Assembly: GCF_032062105.1 (NCBI RefSeq)
Contig: NW_026932110.1
Coordinates: 62,001-126,000 of the forward strand
DNA from: Saccostrea cucullata
Taxonomy: Eukaryota
Reading direction: 5' to 3'
Length of the DNA: 64,000 nt
In this document: piece after piece, positions 13,618 to 25,693 of the stretch
Layout of the letters: each line of letters begins with the position of its first letter
Numbering within the stretch: position 1 is the first letter of the stretch
Made by a program: the position numbers and the translations under genes
Notes under the pieces: model-generated
What the model was told of the DNA's origin: nothing
What the model saw: only the letters and a program-made list of their open reading frames with translations
The model's database searches: none

Positions 13618-14358
13618 TGTAAGACTCCAAGGTCCGATGGTGACGCCAAAGTCCGATGGTCTCGCCAAACCCTGATGGTCTGCACCAAACTCCGATGGCT
13701 CGCTGTCTTTACGGACGCCAAAGTCCGATGGTCACGCCAAAGTCCGATGGTTGGTTTCCTATGAGACGCGCGACGCTAAAGTGCGATGGTCTGACACGCC
13801 AAAGTCCGATGGTGCGGAGGAACAGTCAACGTTTATGACGTCACAATAGTCCAACGTCATGACGTCCTGCATTCAAAATCCATTGATATATCACATACAT
13901 TTTACTGATATTGCTTAGTATTCGACTACCAGAGCTATTAGGCCTAGTCTTTGTAGACTATTCGACTGATAAGGGTTAGTTCTTGAACACCAACATGTTT
14001 CCCCGAGAGATTTTATGGTTAGTCCTTGCACACTATTGGACTAATTTTGGTTAGTCCTGCACTCATCCAAGATATCTAGTTTTAACAAATTTTTGGACTG
14101 ATAACTGTTAGTCTCGCACCTATATCTAAAAGATTAGGGTTAATCTTTGCATTTAATATTTATTTGTATTTTATTTTAAACAAATCGGGCTTTGCACGGT
14201 TTCTCAATATCGTGCAGCAGTACTATGACGTCATAAACGTTTATTGTTTTCCGCACCATCGGACTTTGGCGTGTCAAACCATCGGGGTTTGGCGCAGACC
14301 ATCGGATTTTGGCGTGACCATCGGACTTTGGAGTCCCATCGCACTTTGGAGTCCTACA
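13618..14358. mobile_element. Ginger-like MITE (TGT...ACA, TATA flanks) with subterminal repeats
   Basis: tata-TGTAAGACTCCAAGG...CTTTGGAGTCCTACA-tata; multiple ccaaagtccgatggt copies, inverted at the two ends. Confidence 0.8.
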
Positions 14359-15923
14359 TATATAACGTTATAAAAGTACAATGTACGTACAGCAAGTGGA
14401 TTTATATAATCTCAGTATGTTTTACTTGTAAAGATATATCAGAATTAGAATCTTCAAAATTCATAAAAAGCAAATGATTCAGCAGGAAGTACTCGTTTCA
14501 ATACTATTATAATGATTCAATTTTATGTTGAAATGAATTTGTTTGTTTGCTAATTTTAGATTTTTGGGAACATGACGTGGCTCTAGTGCGACTTTCCCGG
14601 GACGGTTAATACGACAACATTTATTGCTGACAATGCGTCATTTCCGGGCATTGGAGATGATTGCGTCATGAAGGGATGGGGTTGCAGATCTGGAGGTTAA
14701 TTTTAATTTGTTAATTAACTTAACAATACTTATAAAAATACTTAATATATAATTTTGATTTACTTGAACTTAAACTTAAATTTGTTACAAATATTTGTGA
14801 TTTTAAAAAATATCTATGCACTGGACAACAACTTTTCCAGCTTTTTCCTCCTATACAGGTGCTAAATTGTCATTTAATGCACACAGCGTTTCACTTCCGG
14901 TTTATAATAAAAGATCATGTTCGCAAATTTACGGAGTAACAGATATGGGGAAAAGAATATGCGCAGGTTTTCTCAGCAGTGGAAAGGGCATTTGCAAGGC
15001 ATGTATTGAAAAGGAAAACAACTTGTGCTCCTAAATATTTAAATGAATTTTCAAAACACATAGATAAACGTGGATAAGACGTTTGTTTATACCAAAGAAC
15101 CTTATTACAATTCTTTAGCTCAGTGCAAAGGCAATTTATTCTTTAAAATTAACAATAAATATACTGTTTATAATTGTTTTCTTTACTTTATGAATATTTC
15201 TTGTTAATTCTTGCCAATTTTTAATCATAGTCGTTTCTATTCTAGGGAGATAGCGGTGGCCCGTTAACATGTAGAGACAAAAACAACCAATGGATACAAG
15301 TGGGCGTGGCCTCCTTTTCTAGCCGGGATAGACCTGGAAGTTATCCTGCTGTGTTTACACGTGTGTCCGCGTATTTGGACTGGATAAACAAAACAATAAA
15401 GGGATAAAATTTCCACAGCTGTTGGCTTCCTATTTTACGAGAAAAGAAGATATATCGAACCATAACATTTCAATAAAACTAACAAACAACATTACCAACT
15501 AAAACGTTTTTTTTTAAGTCAATTTTTCATGAATTCATGATTGAACATTTGATGTTATATTTAATAAGTGTGATTTTTTTTACAACATTCATTTCTATAG
15601 ATAAATTGAATATAGATTCGGTTATTGTCAACAAATTATCTGCAATAAAATTTCGATAAAAAAGTACTTTTTTGGACTCTTTTCAAAGCGACCATTAAGT
15701 CAGTCCCACATTTTACACTGTGCAAGATAATATTTTTGGAAGATAACAGAAGACCTTAGTTTCTTTCACTGGGAATGAAATAGCTGAAAAACAAGAGGTA
15801 TGTACATGTTATCGGATACACATAGAAAATCTAAAAAATCAAAAACTAACATGTTTATATTTATTATAACCTAAAAGAGCATGCAGAGATAAGGAAAGGA
15901 CAATATTCCACGAGGGACCTCAT

Positions 15924-17053
15924 TTTTTTGTCCCCCGCTTGAAAAGTGGGGGATATTAATTTGGGTTTGTCCGTCCGTCTGTCCGTCCGTCCGTCCGTCC
16001 GTCTTTCTGTCTGTCTGTAACGCTTTCGTTTCCACACGATATCTCGAGAACCCTTTGAGCTTTTGCAATGAAATTTAGCATAGCAACTCCCTATGGACTA
16101 AAGAAGACCCCTATTGATTTTGAGGTCAAAAGGTCAAAGGTCAAGGTCATAAATAAGCAAATTCTGTCTGTTAAAACACTTTCGTTTCCACACGATATCT
16201 CGAGAACCATTTGAGCTATTGCAATGAAATTTTATATTTCTGTGGCCTAATGAAGACCCCTATTGATTTTGAGGTCAAAAGGTCAAAGTTCAAGGTCGTA
16301 AATTTATACATTCTGTCTGTATGTAATACTATCATTTTATTTCAAGAAGATTTTGAGCTTATGCAATGTAATTTTATACCAAAACTCCCTAGGACGTCTC
16401 TCGCCCCTCTCAAAGTGCCCCGCCCCGTTTGCTTTATTAGTCTTTATAGTATTACATGTCGCTATTTTTAGCGCAGGGGCATGAGGAGAGTTATTGCGTA
16501 TAAAACAGGTTCTCGGCGGACTTTATGTTCTTATTACATCTATTAGAACTGTTTAATAAAGGCTAAATAAATCAAACACCATGGATTGTGTAAAATTTTA
16601 GAATACAGAACATGAAAACATGAATATATACATGTATGTGACTTCAATTCTGCATATACTTCATAGCACTTAGAGCGATTCCGTGGTCTAGTGGTTATGT
16701 CTCTCGCTTCAAATGTGAGAGGTTCCGGGATCGAATCTCGGTCAATTTTTTCTTTTTTTTTTCTTTTTTTTTTAAATACTTTTTTTTTTTTTAAATGATA
16801 GTATTCAGCATGTGAAATGAAAAATTTATGAGGTTATAAAATCATCATTACAGTGTGATAAACATTCCATATAAAAAAAATCTTCTATACACATAATAAA
16901 GAATAAGCATTCAAATCTTTATATGCATATTGACATACATGCATTTTATTTGCTTCAATATACATGTATACATTTAATAATTCTACAAATTCAGTCAGGG
17001 GGAGCCGACTTTTTCCCTAAGCGGGGGACACGAATTCTCTGAATTATCTTGTT
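15924..17053 (+). mobile_element. Helentron/HINE-type non-autonomous element with nested insert
   Basis: 5' tgtcccccgcttgaaaagtggggga hairpin, (GTCC/GTCT)n microsatellite, two internal tandem repeats, 3' gcgggggacac...cttgtt end. Confidence 0.8.
16675..16743 (+). pseudogene. Degenerate tRNA-like sequence inside a repeat
   Basis: A-box-like gtggtctagtggtt, anticodon-like stem tctcgc/gtgaga, B-box-like ggatcgaatc, followed by poly-T; acceptor stem incomplete. Confidence 0.5.
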
Positions 17054-17292
17054 ACTCCATGTTGTATATAGGACCTTCTTTGAAGAATGTCTTGTCTAGT
17101 TCTCTGTTGTACATAGGACCTTCTTTGAACTATTTCTTGTCTAGTTCTCTGTATGATTTCCATAAAACATACTTTTTTTCTTCTTCTTTTTTTTTTCTTT
17201 TTTTTTTTTAATAATTTTACATTTTTATACGTTCACTTTCGCCAAATAGCTTTGTGGTTATTTTCAGGTCTTAAATTTTAGACCCAGTGACC

Positions 17293-18695
17293 ATGGAGTT
17301 AATTTTCACTCATTCTCACCATATACTTGCACTCTGTTTCTTTGGATTGGTATTGGTGATATCTTCTTGTACCGCCACAGAAGAGAGTTCTAATTTTGCC
17401 ACCTTTAAAGTTGAATTCGAGACCAAACTTTCCGGACTGGAGAGTGAAATTAAACGACTCAGACAGTCAAATCAAGATTTGACGGATAGAGTTAGGCGTC
17501 TGGAGGATTTGCTAATGAACGCGAATTCAGAGAGGATAAGGTTGGCAGAAGCTGTGAGACATCAGGAGGACAGAATTCGACTTCTGGAGGATTCTGGACA
17601 AGACAGTCCGCATGCAATGTATCAAAACAAAACCAAAATACTTCGCAAATCTATCGATGGAAATGGAAACGACCAATATGGAGTAAAGAGAATAAGTAAG
17701 GATTTAACAAAGTTACTTTGTTAAAGAAGGTATTTTTACAGCCTTTAATAGGTTGTGTTTTAAAAAAAATCTAGCACATAACAAAATTCCTTCTAGTCAA
17801 ATATCATATCCTAGAAAAAATTACTGTATTATTGCTTTTATGTAAAATACTTGAATCTGATTTGTCTCTAAGGTTTGAAATAAAACGCATTTTAAAACTT
17901 GTGAGAGTAGATGTAGATATTTTTCAGGTTCGTCATACTTTGAGCAACATTTAATCTATTATTATTTATTCCGTACCGGTCGGCAGGGGATGCTCACTCC
18001 TCCACGGCACCTGACCCCACCTCTGATGTTTTGGAGGGTCCTGTTTGCTTTGGTCCTATTTTGTATTGTTTAATGGACTTTTGAGCTTGAATACTGTTCG
18101 TTATCTCCCTGTATTTCATGTCATTTGGCGACGTTGTGTATAAAAAGAAATCAAACATACTACTAAGTATCAATGTTCTATTTCATTACATTTAGCATGA
18201 TTTAAAAAATATAATAGCATAACATGGAGATTAACGATTAACTTTTATTTGTGTTTTTTTACAGTACCACCAACTACCCAACCAATGAGTGAGCCCGTGA
18301 TTTTCTACAGTTATAAATCTACTAACAGTCCACCCAACTTAAGTCTTCATCACGTGATCGTTTTCGATGTCAATCCAGTAAACAAAGGACATGGTTATCA
18401 CAAAGATAACGGTATTTTCGAAGCGCCAAGATCAGGAACATACATGTTTCTTTGGTCTATTTACACGTATCCAAGAGGTTATATTGGTACGGAATTGGTG
18501 GTCAATGGTAACGTTGTAGGTGGCGCAGTGGCAGACAGTCACCCCGATGACGGTATCAATAGCTGCACAGGCGTTGCCATTGCTGAAGTTTCTGCTGGTG
18601 ACCATGTATACCTCAGAATTTCTCCCACAGCCGTCAATTACATTTGGAGTAGTTCAAATGGAAGATCAACTTTCTCTGGTTGGTTTTTGCAGTAA
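17293..18695 (+). CDS. Secreted C1q-domain-containing protein (signal peptide, coiled coil, gC1q)
   Basis: Exons 17293-17695 and 18265-18695 join in phase 1; heptad region LESEIKRLRQSNQDLTDRVRRLE; gC1q motifs IVFD..N.GHGY...NGIFEAPRSGTYMF, AGDHVYL, STFSGWFL. Confidence 0.93.
17975..18120 (+). mobile_element. Short interspersed repeat (SINE-like or retroelement end)
   Basis: atgctcactcctcc.ggcacctga.cccacct...ctgttcgtt recurs at ~32789-32900 and as a reverse fragment at ~27735-27790. Confidence 0.6.
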
Positions 18696-18831
18696 ATGGA
18701 ATACTTAGTAACCTTATAAAATTCTGATTAATATATGTAAGAATTTTAGTCAGTGACTACAATCGAAATCTCAATAAAGCAGAATTTCCTTTCCTGAATA
18801 TAACAAGCATGGATTTATTCCGTCAAAAGAA

Positions 18832-19170
18832 TGTAGTACAATTCTCTGTTATCCGTGGACTTTCCGTTTGGCGTGGTATTCTGGACGTTGCATGAATTAG
18901 CGTCTGAAATTTACACAGCGTTTCATTCACTGTTGAAATATAAATGGGATAGAAATTCGGCGAATGTGAACGAGTGTAGCAAGGATTCAATGATAGCGTT
19001 TCGCACGGCAAAGAGCTGGGGCTTAAGTCGTCTTATCGTCAACAACAATTTAAAGTTGCTGATATTATTAATTTCCTATCAAATGAGAATATATTTGAAA
19101 GACGATAATTACGTAGCGTCGAGAATGCCACGCCTTATTGAAAGTCTAAGGATAACAGAGAATTTTACTA
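18832..19170. mobile_element. MITE with ~60-bp imperfect terminal inverted repeats
   Basis: gtagtacaattctctgttatcc...ggcgtggtattct vs agaatgccacgcc...ggataacagagaattttactat. Confidence 0.7.
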
Positions 19171-20319
19171 TGAAATCAAGCTACTCGTAAGAAGCTCTGG
19201 TGTATATAAAGCTGATAAGAAAAAAATATCATTACATATGAGCAAGGTAATCATCTCTTGAGAAATCCAAGATGATCAAGGCTCTGTGACAGCAATGAAA
19301 AAATTGGCCAAAGTAACCTTACAAAATCAAACTTAAATCAAAAATAACTATATAAAAATGCATTTTTTTCACATTTTCACACTGATCTATCAAATGACTG
19401 TTAAAAAAGGCCATCATCATGCTCGGGAAGAAACAATTTTTATACTTCTACTACTCTACAAATAACTATTTTGTGTTAGAAAATTATTTTCAATGAGCAT
19501 GCAAACTTGGATCCCATTTTGTGGCATTTCTCGTTCTTATAATTAGCCGTATCTAAACCCCCCTGAAGTGACGCCATCATCGAAAAGTTATCCATCCAGG
19601 TTCATTAAATAATTTATCATACGAGGGTTGTTCAAAAAGTTCGTGGAGTCCTGTCATATCTTTTTTATTTGACGTCATATGTTATCCAACTTTGATAAAA
19701 AATATTTCAACAATAAATTCAAATGATTTATATCAATTTTCTTTAAATGTCACGATTTATTCAAAACTTAACCATATTTAAAAAAATGCAAAAATCGGGT
19801 CGCGGAGCAGGTGAAAATAAAGTAAGTTACAAAAAATACACTAAATAATGCCTGTGGTCATATTCTGTGTAAAATGCAGCAAAAAAGAAAAACAGCTCAG
19901 AAATTCAAATTACGAATTGTTATGTATTCTTATTCCAGTAGTGGATGACTAGACCATCAAAAATTTGACTTTAATGTACCACCCTACCCTACGGCTGATT
20001 TGTACTTTTTTGGATAGATATAATATCACACAATATTTTTTGCCCGGTCGTAGAAAATTCTATGGTCAAAATTTTAAACAATGGAAGATTAAAAGATCAA
20101 TTACTGAAATCTTCAGAAAATGAACATTTTGAAAAAAGTTTGAGAAATATGTATATTTTCTTAGAATTGTTGATATATTTGTATCGATAATTACTTGTAT
20201 CACACATTAATTAGATAAAAACGAAAATTTTTAATAAGAATGCCCGTCCGTCTGTTTGTATGGTGTATGTTTGCTTCTGAGTAATTCTACCTTAAGTTGA
20301 ATGGATTAATTTTATTTAT

Positions 20320-20637
20320 TATACCCCTTGCTTGAAAAGCGGGAAGGTATATAGTAATCGGTATGTCGGTCCGTCCGTCTGTCTGTCCGTCCGTCCGTCT
20401 ATCTTTGGGGTACTTATCTCTTATCCGCAACTCCTCTCATATATCAGTGCTAAATGACATTTAATGAAACTTTCACAGAATCTTTATTACATATTGCCAT
20501 TGTGTACCTCCTATTTTACTTTTTGATCCGACACATATTTTGGGTTTTCCAAAGCAAAACATAGGCACTGCCATTATATTTATACGGGAGGCGTGGGTAT
20601 CATTTAGTGAGCTCATTGCTCACAGTACCTATAGTTT
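20320..20637 (+). mobile_element. Helentron/HINE non-autonomous element nested in the Academ arm
   Basis: ttatacccc...gcttgaaaagcggg hairpin, (GTCC/GTCT)n, end gggtatcatttagtgagctcattgctcacagtacc; same family in reverse at ~42840-43300. Confidence 0.8.
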
Positions 20638-20848
20638 CCTTTACTTTAAATGCATTAAAGTAATAACTAGAAGAATAGTTATTGAAAAATGAAACGAGAG
20701 AAACCCAGAGTATGTGAACAAAATAGACATTTGCCTGTATCGGAGATATATATTTAAATAAACTTAATTGAGTTTTTTTTTCTTTCAGGGGATTGCCAAG
20801 AGAGCGCCATGTATAACCATTTACACATATGTAAGAATCTTGATTATT

Positions 20849-23800
20849 TCAGTCTTCCTCGAAAACTGTTTCAAAATCATCGTCAATAATTGTTGCCTGA
20901 TGTGTTACAGGGTTGCCACAATCTGCTGAGCCTTCGCATAAACATATACTTGTACACGCCAAGTTCTGCTTGTAACATACACAGTTCCTGCCACAAACTG
21001 ATTTACCTCTACAAGAGCAAACGAGATCTTGTAAGAAATCTGAGGCCATAGGTCCCTCAAAGAATATAGGTGTCAACCCACAAACACTTTCTTTCCAACC
21101 AAACTCTAAAGGTGACTTGTGCACTGGCTTAGCTATGTGCGAATTCATCCAAACATGTGTTTGAAGCATAACACGAAGAATGTGTTGTGTAAAAGATGCT
21201 TCACAAGGTGGAAGTCTAGCAAGAGTCGTTTCTTTTGTTGTTGCTAGTTTGACTCTGAATTTATTGAGATTTTCATGCACATTCTTTAACCTTTCCTGTG
21301 GATCATACATCAGTGCTACAAGCTTGCGCGCAGCATTTATAGCCGCATCTAAATCGTCACCGGAAAGAACTGACAGAGTTTGAATATTTTCTGAATGTTT
21401 CCGTAGAACCTTAAACATTACCTTTTTTCCCAGGCCAAAGAACGACGAGGATGTGTCACAACCTGTAATGGCATGTACAGCAGGCAATATCGAAGTTATG
21501 GAAGGACCAAGTGATTTCGACAGGTCGTGGACGGGCAAATATCGTCTTCGGTCTCTTGAGCTTGATACACTTCCAGTCTGGAACCACAGCTCTTCTGTGT
21601 TTGTCATTAGAGGAAAGTAGTGTATAAGCAAAAGCAATACATCAGTGTCAGGGGACCTAACAATGACACGACCTCTAACATCATCAGCTCTAAAGATAGA
21701 ATCAGCAAACAGCGAATGTAGTACTATTCGCGTATCTGCTTCCTCGTGCGTGCTCCTTAGTTCAGGAATATCAGACGCATTGGTTTCATCAAATCTTTTG
21801 ACGGTCTCTGGATTCAGGAAGACACCTGCTAAATACAAAACCTTACCACTTTGAAGCACATGCTGCTCAAAATGTGTGTTTAAACATTCGCCTAAGAATT
21901 GTATTAATGCCTGCTTATTCTTGGAGTTGCTCAGAAACTTCTTCCATTCCGGTAGTGCTCTTCCTTCGATTACTTGGTACACCATATTGGCACTGAAGGC
22001 ACTTGCACGACGAAATCTTTCGGCTGATTTCGTTGAATGTGTTTCATCATAGCGATCAAACACATCCATTACAGTTCCTGCAAAAGTAAAGCAGTTGTTT
22101 AACGACGCGGCATAGGATCTTGCTAGATCACCAAATGTCTTAAGCTGTCTTACGTCCATAGCTTGTACAAATCCCATACCATCCCTTATCAACACTGTTC
22201 TAGAAAAATCAAAATCACGAAGAGAGAAGGATGGCGTGACAGTCTCTTCAAAGAGATGCATCAAATCTGACTTACAGGTCTTTCGCATAGTACCATCCTC
22301 ATGAAACAGTGACAAAGGTATTGGGCCAACTGGATGTGCCAAAACATTTTCTATATTCACATCATCTCGGACATTTGAAAGAGCCAAAGCACGACGAAAT
22401 ATTACCTCTGGATTGATGTTTCCTTTTAAGGACTCTCCAGATCTACATTTCAGTTTCGAAGCTTTTGTCATATCATCAAACGTTTTCAAAGAAGATCTGG
22501 TAATAGGGTTATAAAAATTGCGGGATCCACCTTCACTCAGACACCCCTCAACAAAAGCCTTTACCATTTTTTCACCACTTTCAAGAAAGTTTGCAAGTGA
22601 GTGTTCAACATCTTTTGAAGCTTGCAACCCAGTAGAAATATTTATCAATGAACTGGGATGTTCGGCCATGTTGAATGGGTCTGTCATGTTGGAATGAAGA
22701 TATTGAACCATGTCTATGACTTGTTGTTCATCACGTGACATAGCAGTAGGCTTATTTTCCTCGTGATCGTAAATCCCGCCTGTATCTATACCAGATCTTA
22801 CTTTCATTTCAGAACTGAAATGCGCTAATATATGTCGAGTGAGGACCCATCTGAGGAGAGCGGGTTTTTTCCTAGTAATCCCAACAATACCACTGCAGCC
22901 TTTTGAATCTTTAATAACAGTTTTTTCTGTCGCCATGTCGCTCCATATGCCATTAAAGGAACCGGGTTTTTGTCTGACAGAAAAATCTCCAGACCTGAAA
23001 GATGACTGTATGGACTCTGGCAGCTGCATCATGTCTAATACGTAGACAGGCATCCATCTAGCGTAGTTTGTTCTATTTGTAACAAAAAAGTAAGGCAGCA
23101 TTGCAGCACTTGATTGTAGATGTTGTTCCCATAAACTATTGCGCTCAGCTCGAATGTTCATCAACAGAATCTCTACAGCATTCAGAAAATTGTTCCAAAA
23201 AGCAAAGGTTGGGGAAACAGAACCACGTTTTCGAAAACGGTCAATCAATGGGACAAAATAAACCTGGATAATATCAGAAGTGGCTTTGATATCAACGATT
23301 TCGTTGCCATCAAATGTACTATGACATTGAAGAATAGCCTGCCATATTTCTTCTTCAATATGTGCCAAGAGATTTTCTTCATTTGCCCACTTGAAGAAAT
23401 TCTCAAACATGATGGTCATGAGACACTCGTAAGCAACCGTTAAACCACGCACGGCACGGTTAAACTCCTTTCCAGACAACATTTGGTCTACTGTGTTTGG
23501 GGCATATATCCCAGAATCTGCGAGTAGGTCAGATAGACCACCTGATGCCCAAATCTTGCCAATGCAGGCAATGAAACACGATAAAGCATGAAAGCCACCC
23601 AGTCTGAGAACATGTGATTGAAATACATCTGGCATTGACCATTTCACTTGCTGAGCAATTGCATACAATTGCTGATCAAAGGTCTGAATTGAAAAGGGTT
23701 GACCTACCTTCTTTGCCATGTCTGAACATTGTTTCATGACAGTGTATACTGTTCCCATGTCATTAGGCTTGGCGTCAATAATCGGGGCATATGCAACAAA

Positions 23801-25693
23801 TGTACAGTCCGGTCTACTCTTCGAAAGACGTTTGTGAAATCCGGTCCAGAATGGCACAACTTGTTCTCGAAAATTTACTTCTATTGGGACGTGGATAGTA
23901 TTTTGCCGTGTAAGCTGGCGAAGAAATACCCACGTCGTGTCTGATATATTGGCATTATTAAACGAACATGACGTGATCTTTTCATGAGCATTTGCAAAAC
24001 GAGGTGGCCCATGGCGTTCTTTGGGTTTGCTGAAAGGAAGAGTAAGCATAAGTTGGGTTTTTTCTTCATCCAATTTCAAGGACCTACCTTGCCCCCTTAT
24101 AACTTGTATAGATGACAAGGATGTGTTTCTTGCGTGTTCCTGCAATTGAAAGATAGCTCTAGCCATTGAATGAAACGTATTCTTGCCGTCAATGGTCTCT
24201 GTATTGATGTCAACATTATCTGCCCTTTCTTGTATAAGGTGGCCCCCTACTTCAAAAGGAACAACACCATTAGGAACAAGAGAATCCTCTCCCATATTAC
24301 TTACTTCCTGGTTTGCCAAACTGGTCAAGAAAGTTCTGACTTCTGAGTACGATGTACAAAATCCATAAGAATGTAAAGTTTCAATAAGACTTTTGGAACC
24401 GTATTCGTGATGAAGTTGTAATGCAAGGCCTAGATGAAATGGGGTAAAGAGGTCTTTGTTTAATGAAACAATACATTCTGCAAGAGCTGTGACTTTTCTC
24501 TTTTGTTCTACATTTTCATTAAGGTCATCTTCACCAATAAATGACTTTTCATCAATAAGCCACAGCAGAAACTTTGTAAGTGAGCTTGGAGTTATCATAG
24601 CCGACCTATCAAGGGATACTTCAACTGGAGACGGGTAGATATCGTGAGAAAGTAGTACAGACTGTATGTCACGGCGCAATATCGAAGCAGCTGCATGCAG
24701 TGTATGATCTTCGTTCATCTTCACATTTGAAATTTCACGTTCAAGTTCAAAAAAATTTAACTCGGCCTTCAACTGACTGACAGCTTGAATAGCCTCTGCC
24801 ATTGTAACTGAACTGCTTAGAAGAATATTAGACTTACCTTGTCCTTTCTGCGTTTGAATAACAACAGCAGTGCCATAATATTTCTCTAGTCTCCGTTGCA
24901 ATTTGCTAGAAGTATATTTATCACACAATTCTTCAGGCAGAAAAGAACGAAACTTTTGCAAAAGAGAAGATATTAAGAAAGCTTTTTTATGAATTACCAA
25001 ATCATTAGTTATGGCTTCAACTAATTGATGAAATGCTTTATCGTGAGCTGTTTCATTGGTGCTTTCCTCTGGCTGTTTCTTTACAGTATTTAGTAGAAAA
25101 TTTGTGATGCATGATCTATGATAAAGAGCATTTTCAATGAAATTTTCACATGAAATCAATGCTAAAATTTCAGCATCACATCTTTCTTTTGCTGTGTTTG
25201 TAACCCTGTGAATTCGTTCTTCTCTTTCTATTTTATGTAGTTTTGTGTCGCCTTTATACTGCTTTTGCTTGCAGAAAATGCAAGCACTCCAATCAAACTG
25301 ACTGGTCATGGAGCGTGTTCGAATATTCATAATTCGTTCTGCATGTTGATGGGAAGTGGAAGGGCTATCGGCAACCTCTGGAGTTTTATTTTTATTGCAG
25401 AACTTTTCTAGATTTATCTTGCTAGTGTATGACTTATAGCAAGATTTATGGTATGCTAATCTTTCCATATCTACCTCATCAAGCGAGTCGTATTCACTAA
25501 GAAGGCGTGAAAATACACCATCTTTCCGTTTCTTTACAGCAGTGAGAAGTGAAAACTTGCCTTTTTCAGTTGCGGAGGACAGACTTTCATTTGTAGAAAC
25601 TTGACAAATTACACAAAGATGCCAATTATTTGAAATTCTACTTCTTTTGGCATCCGTAGGAGCAAGTTTTAAAGGACTTTCGAAACATGCCAT
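20849..25693 (-). CDS. Academ-type transposase: N-terminal Cys/His zinc motifs, DDE-like core, XPG/PIN nuclease, C-terminal Cys-rich (CXC-like) domain
   Basis: Intronless 1614 aa; ADNVD..ETIDGKNTFH, TFDQQLY, RLGGFH, NYARW, DMATEK; XPG-like DG, VFDRY, HEEADTR, PDTDV, HAITGCDT..FFGLGK; CSC...C..C.C....ACTSICLC. Confidence 0.88.
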   Translation of the reverse strand: MACFESPLKLAPTDAKRSRISNNWHLCVICQVSTNESLSSATEKGKFSLLTAVKKRKDGVFSRLLSEYDSLDEVDMERLAYHKSCYKSYTSKINLEKFCNKNKTPEVADSPSTSHQHAERIMNIRTRSMTSQFDWSACIFCKQKQYKGDTKLHKIEREERIHRVTNTAKERCDAEILALISCENFIENALYHRSCITNFLLNTVKKQPEESTNETAHDKAFHQLVEAITNDLVIHKKAFLISSLLQKFRSFLPEELCDKYTSSKLQRRLEKYYGTAVVIQTQKGQGKSNILLSSSVTMAEAIQAVSQLKAELNFFELEREISNVKMNEDHTLHAAASILRRDIQSVLLSHDIYPSPVEVSLDRSAMITPSSLTKFLLWLIDEKSFIGEDDLNENVEQKRKVTALAECIVSLNKDLFTPFHLGLALQLHHEYGSKSLIETLHSYGFCTSYSEVRTFLTSLANQEVSNMGEDSLVPNGVVPFEVGGHLIQERADNVDINTETIDGKNTFHSMARAIFQLQEHARNTSLSSIQVIRGQGRSLKLDEEKTQLMLTLPFSKPKERHGPPRFANAHEKITSCSFNNANISDTTWVFLRQLTRQNTIHVPIEVNFREQVVPFWTGFHKRLSKSRPDCTFVAYAPIIDAKPNDMGTVYTVMKQCSDMAKKVGQPFSIQTFDQQLYAIAQQVKWSMPDVFQSHVLRLGGFHALSCFIACIGKIWASGGLSDLLADSGIYAPNTVDQMLSGKEFNRAVRGLTVAYECLMTIMFENFFKWANEENLLAHIEEEIWQAILQCHSTFDGNEIVDIKATSDIIQVYFVPLIDRFRKRGSVSPTFAFWNNFLNAVEILLMNIRAERNSLWEQHLQSSAAMLPYFFVTNRTNYARWMPVYVLDMMQLPESIQSSFRSGDFSVRQKPGSFNGIWSDMATEKTVIKDSKGCSGIVGITRKKPALLRWVLTRHILAHFSSEMKVRSGIDTGGIYDHEENKPTAMSRDEQQVIDMVQYLHSNMTDPFNMAEHPSSLINISTGLQASKDVEHSLANFLESGEKMVKAFVEGCLSEGGSRNFYNPITRSSLKTFDDMTKASKLKCRSGESLKGNINPEVIFRRALALSNVRDDVNIENVLAHPVGPIPLSLFHEDGTMRKTCKSDLMHLFEETVTPSFSLRDFDFSRTVLIRDGMGFVQAMDVRQLKTFGDLARSYAASLNNCFTFAGTVMDVFDRYDETHSTKSAERFRRASAFSANMVYQVIEGRALPEWKKFLSNSKNKQALIQFLGECLNTHFEQHVLQSGKVLYLAGVFLNPETVKRFDETNASDIPELRSTHEEADTRIVLHSLFADSIFRADDVRGRVIVRSPDTDVLLLLIHYFPLMTNTEELWFQTGSVSSSRDRRRYLPVHDLSKSLGPSITSILPAVHAITGCDTSSSFFGLGKKVMFKVLRKHSENIQTLSVLSGDDLDAAINAARKLVALMYDPQERLKNVHENLNKFRVKLATTKETTLARLPPCEASFTQHILRVMLQTHVWMNSHIAKPVHKSPLEFGWKESVCGLTPIFFEGPMASDFLQDLVCSCRGKSVCGRNCVCYKQNLACTSICLCEGSADCGNPVTHQATIIDDDFETVFEED

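Larger units (their letters stand above)
9994..15407 (+). pseudogene. Secreted S1A (chymotrypsin-fold) serine protease with a frameshift in coding exon 4
   Basis: Exons 9994-10048 (signal peptide), 10217-10421 ([25 protein letters not shown]), 13385-13569, 14560-14695 (HDVALVRL then TAA at 14607-14609; CVMKGWG lies in the +1 frame), 14859-14998 (GC donor), 15246-15407 (GDSGGP, PAVFTRVS, WI). Confidence 0.85.

Noticed and set aside
16675-16743. Functional tRNA gene
   Set aside because: Acceptor stem does not pair well and the segment lies inside a repeat; kept only as tRNA-like.
21180-24638. Plus-strand ORFs overlapping the transposase
   Set aside because: Short antisense shadows of the long minus-strand ORF with no recognisable motifs.
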